Shown here: positions 49,110-61,000 of the stretch, one piece after another | How positions within the stretch are numbered: position 1 is the first letter of the stretch | Layout: each line of letters starts with the position of its first letter | NCBI GenBank assembly: GCA_964187785.1 | Contig: OZ076409.1 | Span: 66,404,001 to 66,468,000 of the forward strand | Origin: Amphiscolops sp. MND2022 | Taxonomy: Eukaryota | DNA length: 64,000 nt | Reading direction: 5' to 3' | The notes under the pieces: generated by a model | The model's database searches: none | What the model was told of the DNA's origin: nothing | Seen by the model: only the letters and a program-made list of their open reading frames with translations | Made by a program: the position numbers and the translations under genes

Positions 49110-51034
49110 TAACTTAAAACAGAAGCAAGTTGTTTCCTTGATGGATCGAGCAAAGCTGCAGCGTTATGTACCAACAATGTAGGCAACCTTTTGTCCCAGT
49201 TAGACAGCATAAGTCGTTTCAGATCTTTAATGATAACCGAATCGTTTGGGCTTTTTTTGAGATGATAGCGAATCTCTTCTCTGAAAGGATTCGCAAGGTT
49301 TAATGTGGGATAATGTTACGTCTATGTACCGGTGTAATTCTCGGGGTAGTCGCAGTAGTCATAGATTTCACTGGTGGATGTTACCGTCAGCGGAACGTTT
49401 TCGTATTCAGAATCAGATTCTTCAGCAAAAGTCAGAGTTTGTTTTTTAGAAACAGGTGCCACTAATTTAAGCATTTTTTTGGTTCTCATCTAAGACCTTT
49501 GTAAGGTCAGATAGAATCTCTTTTCTAAGAGTGGATTTTATTTCCTCTAAATTCTCAGTTCGAACGTTTGGTGATTTGCTCGTCCCAACTACGGGATTTT
49601 CCCTCTGGTTATTTCTAGCCCAAGGAGTCTTTTGGTCAACAGAAACCAATTTTTCTACAGCTTTCCTTTTCTGGCTTCTAGTAGTCATCTTAGAAAGAGA
49701 GTTCTTCGGAAAATTTGAAGTTCTTCAAAGAAAAATGTTTTATTTTTCAACGGAGCGTTTTCGTAAGAGCAAAAGATTGAATAAAAAATTTACGTGAATT
49801 TTAAGTATATATACTTTCTCAGCATCATTTGTTCCTCACTTAAAAATTTTTAGGAATCCTAAAAATCGGTTTTGTTCACTAAAACTGCTTAATCATCCTT
49901 ATTGTTTCAGTCTTTTCATCGTTAGTTTGACTTTTAGACTTCCTAGTCACGACTCCCTTACGGAGCGCCTGTTGAAATCATTTTTGTTCAACATTCGTAT
50001 TTCCGGTTTAGTTAAAAAAACGGCGGCAAAATAAAAGTCTAGTTGAAGTTCTACCGCAGAAGGCAGGCCGGCATGAACAAGAAATCAGCGCGTAGACAGT
50101 AGGAAATCACATTTCGCGGCAAACGAATGACAAGCAGAAAAATGATTCCGATAACTTTACGAAAAAAAGTAAAAGAACACCTTCCAAAACTATATCACAA
50201 CACTTTGCAAAGGCAGCTATTTTTCTTGTCTACAGCACGACTTTTCAAATCATTCCTAGCAAGACAGAAAGTGAGCGGAGCAGAGTGATCCTAACACTGT
50301 ACTTTTTCCATTATTCCGTAACGATTCCGTGTGTATTAGGATTAGATATAGCGGACTAAACTGGACTTGGTTTTACAATTCGCTCCGTAGCTGCTCCGTA
50401 CGTATTAAGATTGGTTATAGTTGAAAGGCTGTAGGCCGAGATGTAGAGGAGCGCTTAGGTGTTCACTTTTTTTCTCTCAGTTAAATGGTGTTGCTATGGT
50501 AACACTCTTATTAAGCTAAGCTCGGGTCTTGTTGAATTGAGCTCAAAAAATTTGGCCGAGGAACGACGCTATTGGTCCGTAAGATTAGAAATTGCAAACC
50601 AGTCTCGTCTAAACGGTGTCCATTAGGTTGTTAATACTTATCTAGATTACGTACTTGTAATCTCAATAAGTTTTGACTGCTACTTCAACCACTGTTGTGC
50701 CATTTCTACTGTGTTTTTGTATTTTCCCTTTTTAGAGTTGACAATGTCATCCGTTGGAATCGCGGATTCAAATATTGATCTCCGTTTTTGTTTTTCAGGG
50801 TGGAAAATATTTAACCTTACCTCGTTTATGTTTCTTTTCAATTGTTTGGATTGTTATGAAAAGCACTCCGGATTGGGACCGGAAGTACAATCTTTAGACG
50901 TGAAATAATAAACCGGAAGTTTAAATTTTTCAGAAATTACTTTTTGATTATTTACATAGCAGTTGCGTTCGTTTGAAAAATCTTCCGCCTTACTTTTTGT
51001 GCTCTAGCTTAGGAAGAACCAGGTAAGATATTTA

Positions 51035-52900
51035 CTTTTCAAAAGCTGTGTTTGCCGTGGCCAAGTCCAGTGACGAATTTGTGTATGCCTTCATGACAAG
51101 TATAGCATCGACCGGGAGCGGGTCGTGACAGATAATAAGACCCTTCCAAAAGTTTGCTCGCAGAGGAACTTTAGAAATTTCGTTGTTCTAAATAGCATCA
51201 AAGCAAAGCCTGCAATAAGATTTATCGAAATTGACTGCCTCTGTTCCGTTGCATAAAATGCCAAAACAGTCAACAACCTTGCTCTTTTTTGAAGTTGGAA
51301 TTACTATGCGGTACAGAGTATTATCAGTCATGGATCTGAAAAACAGAAAAGATGAGGGAACAAATGAATGAGCACGAAGTTCGCATATAGGTAAAGAAAA
51401 GAATGAAGTAACAAAATCCGTTCATTAGGTGAAATCCTTTCCGAACCGTTAGCCAACATCGAGTTACCTATCTGTGCTGTAGCGGAGCGATTGTGTGTTT
51501 TTCAATCAGTTTTTCTGCTTGATTAGTTTGAGTTGACGTTAGTAATTGTTCACGCCGGCGTACGCGGGTATACATCGGTGTGAATGTCGTGGAGGTCAAA
51601 CAAGTCGGTGGTGCACACCTCTACCTTCTAGAAGTACGAATATGTATGCCACTTTTGTTTATGGACGATGAGTTAGGCACCTAAGGCCAATGAATCGCGA
51701 AATGCTTTTTTTGACAATACAAAGAATCTTGGAAACCCAAACCGATAACTTGAATCTGCTAACAAATGTTGCAAGTACTTGATTTTTAGTCAACGCTTTT
51801 CGTTGAAAAACGCAGACTATAGTGGTGACTTTTCTTTTTTAGTCGGCGCTTTTCGTAGAAAAACGCAGACAACAGTAGTGACTTTTCTTTTTTTCTTTTT
51901 TTAAGACCAACGAAGTGACAGATTTTATAAGCTTTAGGAGCTGACTTCCACTAATTGCATAGAGACTACTGGCACTTGTTACTACTACTGCCACTTTTCA
52001 AAAGCTGTGTTTGCCGTGGCCAAGTCCAGTGGCGACTTTGTGTTTGCCTTCATGACAAGATAGCACCGACCGGGAGCGGGTCGTGACAGATAATAACACC
52101 CTTCCAAAAGTTTGGCTTGCAATAGGCCAAAGCCTGCAATAAGATTTATCGAAATTGACTGCCTCTGTTCCGTTGCATGAAGTGCCAAAATAGTCAACAA
52201 CCTTGCTCTTTTTTGAAGTAGGAATTATTATGCGGTACAGAGTATTATCAGTCGTGGATCTATAAAATAGGAAAGATGAGGGAAAAAATGAATGAGCACG
52301 AAGTTCACATAAAGATAAAGAAGAGAATGAAGTAAAAAAATCCGTTCATTAGGTAAAATCAGTTCCGAACCATTAGTCAACATCGAGTTACCTATCTGTG
52401 CTGTAGAGGAGCGAGTGTGTTTTTTTCAATCAAATTTGCTGCTTGATTAGTATAAGTTGACGTTAGTAATTGTTCACGCCGGCGTACGCGGGTATACATC
52501 GGTGTGAATGACGTGGAGGTCAAACAAGTCGGTGGTGCACACCTCTACCTTCTAGAAGTACGAGTGTATATGCCATTTTTGTTTATGGACGATGAGTTAG
52601 GCACCTAAGGCCAATGAATCGCGAAATGCATTTATTTTTGACAATACAAAGAATCTTGGAAACCCAAACCGATAACTTGAATCTGCTAACAAATGTTGCA
52701 GTTGCTTGATTTTTAGTCAACGCTTTTCGTGGAAAAAGGCAGACTATAGTGGTCACTTTTCCTTTTTAGTCGGCGCTTTTCGTAGAAAAACGCAGACAAT
52801 AGTAGTGATTTTTCTTATTTCTTTTTTTACAGACCAACGAAGTGACAGATTTTATAAGCTTTATAAGCTGGCTTCCACTAACTCCATAGAGACTACTGAC
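51035..52900. repeat. ~958-bp tandem repeat, two units
   Basis: Units begin ACTTTTCAAAAGCTGTGTTTGCCGTGG at ~51035 and ~51993. Confidence 0.9.
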
Positions 52901-54918
52901 ACTTGTTAGTCGGCGTTTTTCGTAGAGAAACGCAGACTATAGAAGTGGCTGTTCTTTTTTAGTCGGCGCTTTTTCGTAAAAAAACGCAGACTATAGTAGT
53001 GATTTTTTTAAAACCAATGAAGTGACAGAGTTTTTGAGCTTTATAGGTTGACTTGAATTAACACTAAATGCCACACCACTTCTACTGGCAATTGAAATAG
53101 AGAATATTTAGGATTTTTTGACGTCCCCTTCTAGATTTTTTGGCACCATGCGACTTATCGGAGACAAAAAAGTGCAAACAACTTCGAAAAATTCGGATTT
53201 TTTCAATTTTTTGTCACGCGGGTTTTGTAGAAGAGAATACTTGACACTTTGAAGTCCTTTTGCTATTTTTGAGCCTTAGATATGCCGCCGACTTGGGCCG
53301 TTCCCGGCTTGTTTTTTTTTAAGACCAACGAAGTTACAAATTTTATAAGCTTTATAAGCTGGCTTCCACTAACTGCATACAGACTACTGGCACTTGTTAG
53401 TCGGCGCTTTTTGTAGAGAAACACAGACTATAGTATTGACTTTTTTTAGTCGGCGCTTTTCCGTAAAAAAACGAAGACTATAGTAGTGACTTTTTTTAAG
53501 ACCAACGAAGTGACAGATTTCGTAAGCTTTATAAGCTGACTTTAACTAACACTAAATGCAGTAGTTCCACTGGCACTTGAGATAGGGAATATTTAGGTTT
53601 TTTTGAGGTCCCCTTCTACATTTTTTGGAACTATGCGTCTTATCGGAGGCAAAAAAGTGAAAACAACTTCAAAAAAAATTGGGATTTTTTCAATTTTTCC
53701 TCATGCGGGTACTGTAAAAGAGAATACTTGACAATTTGAAGTCCTCTTGCAATTTTTGAGTCTTAGATATGGCGCTGACTTGGGCTGTTCCCGGCTTGTT
53801 TCTTTTTCAAAGACCAACGAAGTGACAGATTTTATATGCTTTATAAGCTGGCTTCCACTAACTGCATAGAGACTACTGGCACTTGGCATAGAGATTAATT
53901 AGGCTTTTTTGAGGTCTGCCAAGCAGAAACACGTGGGTTCGAGTCCCGGCCATGACCAAATTATTTCTTGTGCAGGTTTTTTGTGAGACTTTTTTTCGCG
54001 TTTTTTCGAGGAATCCAAAGGGTCCCCTTCTTCTTTTATTTTTCAAAAAAATGGATGTTCAAAAATTCCCGAAGGCCCCCCTTTTAGATTTTTTGGCCAT
54101 ATGCGACTTACCGGAGACCAAAAAATATCGGAAACAATTCGACAAAAAATTCGCATTTTTTCAATTTTTTTCTCACGCGGGGACTGTAGACGAGAATACT
54201 TGACACCTTGAAGTCCTTTTGCTATTTTTGAGCCTTAGATATGCCGCCGACCTGGACCGTTCCCGGCTTGTTTCTTTTTTTGGGACCAACGAAGTGACAG
54301 GTTTTATAAGCTTTATAAACTGGCTTCCACTAACTGCATAAAGACTACTGGCACTTGTTAGTCGGCGCTTTTCGTAAAAAACCGCAGACTATATTAGTTA
54401 CTTTTTTTAAGACCAACGAAGTGACAGAATTCAGAGGCTTCTTAAGTTGACTTGAACTAACAGAAAATGCCACACTACTTCTACTGGCACTTGAGATAGA
54501 GATTAATTAGGCTTTTTTGAGGTCCATTTCTACATTATTCGGCACTATGCGACTTATCGGAGACAAAACACTTGAAAACAACTTCAAAAAATGGGAATTT
54601 TTTCAATTTTCTCCTCAGGCCGGTACTGTAAAAGAGAATACGTGACACTTTAAAGTCCTTTTGCTATTTTGGAGCCTTCGATATGGCGCCGAGTTAGTCC
54701 GTTCCCTGCTTGTTTCTTTTTTTAAAACCAACGAAGTGACAGATTTTAAAAACTTCATTAGCTGGCTTCCACTAAGTGCATAGAGACTACTGGCACTTGT
54801 CATAGAGATTAATTAGGTTTTTTGAGGTCTGCCAAGCAGAAGGACGTGGGTTCGTGTCCCGCCTATGACCAAATTGTTTTTTGTGCAGGTTTTTTGTGAG
54901 TTTTGTGAGTTTTTTGTG
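52766..54918 (+). mobile_element. Head-to-tail array of HINE-like family-1 units
   Basis: 3' ends (...CTTGTT) at 53313, 53800, 54272 and 54714, each followed directly by T-run + AAGACCAACGAAGT-like sequence; repeated TTAGTCGGCGC 5' motifs. Confidence 0.8.
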
Positions 54919-55972
54919 AATCGATTTTGTTCACTAAAAATGCTTAATCATCCTTATTGTTTCAGTCTTTTCATCGTTAGTTTGACTTTTAGACTTCCTA
55001 GTCACAACTCCCTTACGGAGAGCCTGTTGAAATCATTTTTGTTCAACATTCGTATTTCCGGTTTAGCTAAAGAAATTGCGGCAAAATAAAAGTCTAGTTG
55101 AAGTTCTACCGCAGAAGGCAGGCAGGCATGAACAAGAAATCGGCGCGTAGACAGTAGGAAATCACATTTCGCGGCAAACGAATGACAAGCAGAAAAATGA
55201 TTCCAATAACTTTACGGAAAAAAGTAAGAGAACACCTTCCAAAACTATATCACAACACTTTGCAAAGGCAGCTATTTTCCTTGTCTACAGCACGACTTTT
55301 CAAATCATTCCTAGCAAGACGGAAAGTGAGCTGAGCAGAGTGATCCTAACACTGTACTTTTTCCATTATTCCGTAACGATTCCGTGTGTATTAGGATTAG
55401 ATATAGCGGACTAAACTGTACTTGGTTTTACAATTCGCTCCGTAGCTGCTCCGCACGTATTAGGATTGGTTATAGTTGAAAGGCTGTAGGCCGAGATGTA
55501 GAGGAGCGCTTAGGTGTTCATTTTCTTTCTCTCAGTTAAATGGTGTTGCTATGTTAACACTCTTATTAAGCTAAGCTCGGGTCTTAATGAAATGAGCTCA
55601 AAAAATTTGGCCGAGTAACGACGCTATTGGTCCGTAAGATTAGAAATTGCAAACCAGTCTCGTCTAAACTGTGTCCATTACGTTGTTAATACTTATCTGG
55701 ATTACGTACTTGTAATCTCAATAGGTTTTGACAGCTACTTCAACCACTGTTGTGCCATTTCTACTGTGTTTTTGTATTTTCCCTTTTTAGAGTTGACAAT
55801 GTCATCCGTTAGAATCGCGGATTCAAATATTGATCTCCGTTTTTGTTTTTCAGGGTGGAAAAGACTTAACCTTACTTCTTTTATGTTTCTTTTCAATTGT
55901 TTGGATTGTTATTGAAAGCACTCCGGATTGGGACCGGAATTACAATCTTTAGACGTGAACCGGAAGTTTTAA

Positions 55973-58830
55973 GTGGCCCAGTCCAGTGGCGAATTTGTGT
56001 ATGCCTTCATGACAAGTATAGCATCGACCGGGAGCGGGTCTTGACAGATAATAAGACCCTTCCAAAAATTTGATCGCAGAGGAACTTTAGAGTTTTCGTT
56101 GTTCTAAATAGCATCAAAGCAAAGCCTGCAGTAAGATTTATCGAAATTGACTGCCTCTGTTCCGTTGCATAAAATGCCAAAATAGTCAACAACCTTGCTC
56201 TTTTTTGCAGTTGAAATTACTATGCGGTACAGAGTTTTATCAGTCATGGATCTGAAAAATAGAAAAGATGAGGGAACAAATGAATGAGCACGAAGTTCAC
56301 ATAAAGGTAAAGAAAAGAATGAAGTAACAAAATCCGTTCATTAGGTGAAATCCGTTCCGAACCGTTAGTCAACATCGAGTTACCTATCTGGGCTGTAGAG
56401 GAGCGAGTGTGTGTTTTTCAATCAAATTTTCTGCTTGATTAGTATGAGTTGACGTTAGTAATTGTTCACGCCGGCGTACGCGGGTATACATCGGTGTGAA
56501 TGTCGTGGAGGTCAAACAAGTCGGTGGTGCACACCTCTACCTTCTAGAAGTACGAATATGTATGCCATTTTTGTTTATGGACAATGAGTTAGGCACTTAG
56601 GGCCAATGAATCGCGAAATGCTTTTTTTGACAATACAAAGAATCTTGGAAACCCAAACCGATAACTTGAATCTGCTAAAAAATGTTGCAAGTACTTGATT
56701 TTTAGTCAACGCTTTTCGTGGAAAAACGCAGACTATAGTGGTGACTTTTCTTTTCTAGTCGGCGCTTTTCGTAGAAAAACGCAGACAACAGTAGTGACTT
56801 TTCTTTTTTTCTTTTTTTAAGACCAACGAAGTGACAGATTTTATAAGCTTTAGGAGCTGACTTCCACTAATTGCATAGAGACTACTGGCACTTGTTACTA
56901 CTACTGCCACTTTTCAAAAGCTGTGTTTGCCGTGGCCAAGTCCAGTGGCGACTTTGTGTTTGCCTTCATGACAAGATAGCACCGACCGGGAGCGGGTCGT
57001 GACAGATAGTAACACCCTTCCAAAAGTTTGCTCGCAGAGGAATTTTAGAGTATTCGTTGTTCTAAATAGCAACAAAGCAAAGCCTGCAATAAGATTTATC
57101 GAAATTGACTGCCTCTGTTCCGTTGCATGAAGTGCCAAAATAGTCAACAACCTTGCTCTTTTTTGCAGTTGAAATTACTATGCGGTACAGAGTTTTATCA
57201 GTCATGGATCTGAAAAATAGAAAAGATGAGGGAACAAATGAATGAGCACGAAGTTCACATAAAGGTAAAGAAAAGAATGAAGTAACAAAATCCGTTCATT
57301 AGGTGAAATCCGTTCCGAACCGTTAGTCAACATCGAGTTACCTATCTGGGCTGTAGAGGAGCGAGTGTGTGTTTTTCAATCAAATTTTCTGCTTGATTAG
57401 TATGAGTTGACGTTAGTAATTGTTCACGCCGGCGTACGCGGGTATACATCGGTGTGAATGTCGTGGAGGTCAAACAAGTCGGTGGTGCACACCTCTACCT
57501 TCTAGAAGTACGAATATGTATGCCATTTTTGTTTATGGACAATGAGTTAGGCACTTAGGGCCAATGAATCGCGAAATGCTTTTTTTGACAATACAAAGAA
57601 TCTTGGAAACCCAAACCGATAACTTGAATCTGCTAAGAAATGTTGCAAGTACTTGATTTTTAGTCAACGCTTTTCGTGGAAAAACGCAGACTATAGTGGT
57701 GACTTTTCTTTTCTAGTCGGCGCTTTTCGTAGAAAAACGCAGACAACAGTAGTGACTTTTCTTTTTTTCTTTTTTTAAGACCAACGAAGTGACAGATTTT
57801 ATAAGCTTTAGGAGCTGACTTCCACTAATTGCATAGAGACTACTGGCACTTGTTACTACTACTGCCACTTTTCAAAAGCTGTGTTTGCCGTGGCCAAGTC
57901 CAGTGGCGACTTTGTGTTTGCCTTCATGACAAGATAGCACCGACCGGGAGCGGGTCGTGACAGATAGTAACACCCTTCCAAAAGTTTGCTCGCAGAGGAA
58001 TTTTAGAGTATTCGTTGTTCTAAATAGCAACAAAGCAAAGCCTGCAATAAGATTTATCGAAATTGACTGCCTCTGTTCCGTTGCATGAAGTGCCAAAATA
58101 GTCAACAACCTTGCTCTTTTTTGAAGTAGGAATTATTATGCGGTACAGAGTATTATCAGTCGTGGATCTATAAAATAGGAAAGATGAGGGAAAAAATGAA
58201 TGAGCACGAAGTTCACATAAAGATAAAGAAGAGAATGAAGTAAAAAAATCCGTTCATTAGGTAAAATCAGTTCCGAACCATTAGTCAACATCGAGTTACC
58301 TATCTGTGCTGTAGAGGAGCGAGTGTGTTTTTTTCAATCAAATTTGCTGCTTGATTAGTTTACGTTGACGTTAGTAATTGTTCACGCCGGCGTACGCGGG
58401 TATACATCGGTGTGAATGACGTGGAGGTCAAACAAGTCGTTGGTGCACACCTCTACCTTCTAGAAGTACGAGTGTATATGCCATTTTTGTTTATGGACAA
58501 TGAGTTAGGCACCTAAGGCCAATGAATCGCGAAATGCATTTATTTTTGACACTACAAAGAACCTTGGAAATCCAAACCGATAACTTGAATCTGCAAACAA
58601 ATGTTGCAGTTACTTGATTTTTAGTCAACTTTTCGTGGAAAAAAACTTTTCGTGGAAAAAGGCAGACTATAGTGGTCACTTTTCCTTTTTAGTCGGCGCT
58701 TTTCGTAGAAAAACGCAGACAATAGTAGTGACTTTTCTTTTTTCTTTTTTTAAAGACCAACGAAGTGACAGATTTTATAAGCTTTATAAGCTGGCTTCCA
58801 CTAACTGCATAGAGACTACTGACACTTGTT
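55973..58830. repeat. ~958-bp tandem repeat, three units
   Basis: Units at ~55973 (5'-clipped), ~56910 and ~57868; period 958 bp. Confidence 0.9.
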
Positions 58831-59051
58831 AGTCGGCGTTTTTCGTAGAGAAACGCAGACTATAGAAGTGGCTGTTCTTTTTTAGTCGGCGCTTTTTCGT
58901 AAAAAAACGCAGACTATAGTAGTGATTTTTTCAAGACCAATGAAGTGACAGATGTTTTAAGCTTTATAGGCTGACTCGAATTAACACTAAATGCCACACC
59001 ACTTCTACTGGCAATTGAGATAGAGAATATTTAGGCTTTTTTGAGGTCCCC

Positions 59052-59366
59052 TGAAAATTTTTAGAAGTACTAAAGATTGTATTGTCAATCAAAATTAGAA
59101 TAACAATGAAAGTTGAGTTAAAATTATTGTTATTAACCGCCAAGTCAAAACTTGATCACACAATATGAGTCACTTTTTAATCTGAATAGCAAGGCCTTTT
59201 CGAGAGTATTTCTACCAAAATCGGAGAGATATTTCCAAAATATAAAATATTTTACATGTCCGGGAATCGAACCCACGCCGGTCAAGTACCGGCTTTGTAT
59301 TCTACCGCTAGGTCAAGCTGTCTTATTATTTGTTTGCTTTAAATTAACGATATTGCTACCGCAACA
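59052..59366 (-). repeat. 3' LTR of the BEL/Pao element
   Basis: Minus strand TGTTGCGG...TTTTCA, preceded by the purine-rich GGGCCCGGAGGA (59367-59378); its end coincides with the interruption of the HINE at GAGGTCCCC. Confidence 0.75.
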
Positions 59367-59519
59367 TCCTCCGGGCCCAAGAAGATGAACGTTTTATAGT
59401 GCAAAAAAAATTTTTTTAAAAAATGTTTTGTGAAACATGTTTTTATATGAAAATTAATTTTTTCATACATGTTGATACATGAAGCATAAATGAAGGAAGT
59501 GGATGAAGCAGAGCATTGT

Positions 59520-60990
59520 TTATTCGGGAAGGGGAAGGACGGGAGCGAGTTTGATCACTGGGCGTACAAGGTTACCAGATGCTGTTCTGACTTCAGCGGA
59601 CCTGGCGACGACGTCTGTGCCGAAGTTAAGCTTTACGACACGAGCTAGTGGATAGTACCCTCTAGGTGATGTCGGTTCAACAATCCACACGAGGTCTCCG
59701 GTATTCAGATCTCTGTTTGAATGAGATGACCACTTCGAACGGCGGTTCAGAGTGGGAACGTATTCTCTTAACCACCTGCTCGATACTATGTCCGAATAAG
59801 CTTGCGCTCGAGCGTAACGTTTGCGATGGTCGACGTCTGCTTGCTGATGCGAAGGCAGTACTGAACTTGAAGTTCCATGGAGAAAATGATTTGGAGTCAA
59901 GGCATCCAAATCGGTCGGATCGGCACTAGCAGGTACTAACGGTCGTGCATTCAAACTTTGTTCCACGAGGCAGAACGTGGTTGCAAGAATTTCATCTGTC
60001 AGAGGTCTGTTTCCGAGGACAGCGTAGAACACGTGCTTGAAACTACGTACTAAACGTTCCCATACACCTCCATGGTGTGGAGCACTGGGTGGGTTAAATT
60101 TCCACTTGATTCCTTTCTTGACAAGTGCTTCAGCGAGGACCTGTTGATTCCAGTTTCTGACGTTCTGTAACAGTTCTTTGTCACTCGCTATAAAGTTGGT
60201 GCCATTGTCTGACCAGAGAACTGATGGGGTGCCTCGTCGGGCAGCAAACCGTTCAATTCCCATCACACAACTACTGGTGTCCATTGACGGCACAACTTCA
60301 AAATGGACGGCCCGAGTAGTCAGACAAGTGAAAAGGAATCCCCAGTGTTTTTCAGTAGAACGTTTCACGGACACGTAGAAGGGACCAAAGTAGTCAATTC
60401 TTGTGTTGCGGAATGGAGGTTCTCTGTATGCAAGTCTTTCCCGGGGAAGATCGGACATCATGGGAGCTAACGTCTCAGCCTTGCGCTTACGACAAGTGAT
60501 GCACCTGGATACAACTGATCTCAAAGTTGGTCTCAATTTGACGATTGCGTATTCCTGCTGGATCAAAGCCCTCAAGTATTCAACACCCTGGTGGCATTGG
60601 TTGATATGGAAGTTCTCCAGGAACAGTCGAACTGAGGGATGACGGCTATCTAGTAAAATTGGGTGTTTCATGTCAAACGAGGCAACATCTAGTTGTTTTG
60701 TGCGACCAGAAGCTCGCAGTAAACCATTAGGTCCAATGAAAGGGGAAAATTCAACAATTTTAGAAGACTTGCTGAGGGGGAGTGACAACAAGGATTTCTT
60801 TTCAGTGTTAAAAGACTCGAGTTGTACCAGATAGAACAATCCCTTTTGGGCATTGTCGAGTTCAGTTGGGTCTGTAATAAATCCAGTTTCAGTGCGCTTG
60901 GATTCGTTCTTGGGAAGGAGTCGCAACATGTAAGCCACAATGCGCAGAAGCTTCTCGTACGAACTGTACCTCTGCCATTTGAAGGTTGTT
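59520..60990 (-). pseudogene. BEL/Pao integrase region
   Basis: HQG..CITC zinc finger, IDYFGP, FTCLTTRAVHFE, SDNGTNF, PPSAPHHGGVWERLV, LTPNHFL. Confidence 0.92.
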
Positions 60991-61000
60991 GCAATTTCGG

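Larger units (their letters stand above)
49864..59051. repeat. Tandem segmental duplication (~5 kb: 49864-54918; second copy 54919-59051, cut by the BEL element)
   Basis: Both copies begin AATCG.TTTTGTTCACTAAAA and are collinear through ~1.05 kb of otherwise unique sequence, the 958-bp units and the HINE ends. Confidence 0.9.

Noticed and set aside
49130..49800. MTTRSQKRK... ORF (49467-49688, minus strand), possibly a retroelement gag-like N-terminus
   Set aside because: Short, disrupted and without diagnostic motifs; cannot be assigned.
53910..53953. Possible tRNA gene
   Set aside because: Only a T-arm/B-box-like half with no cloverleaf, repeated inside HINE copies.
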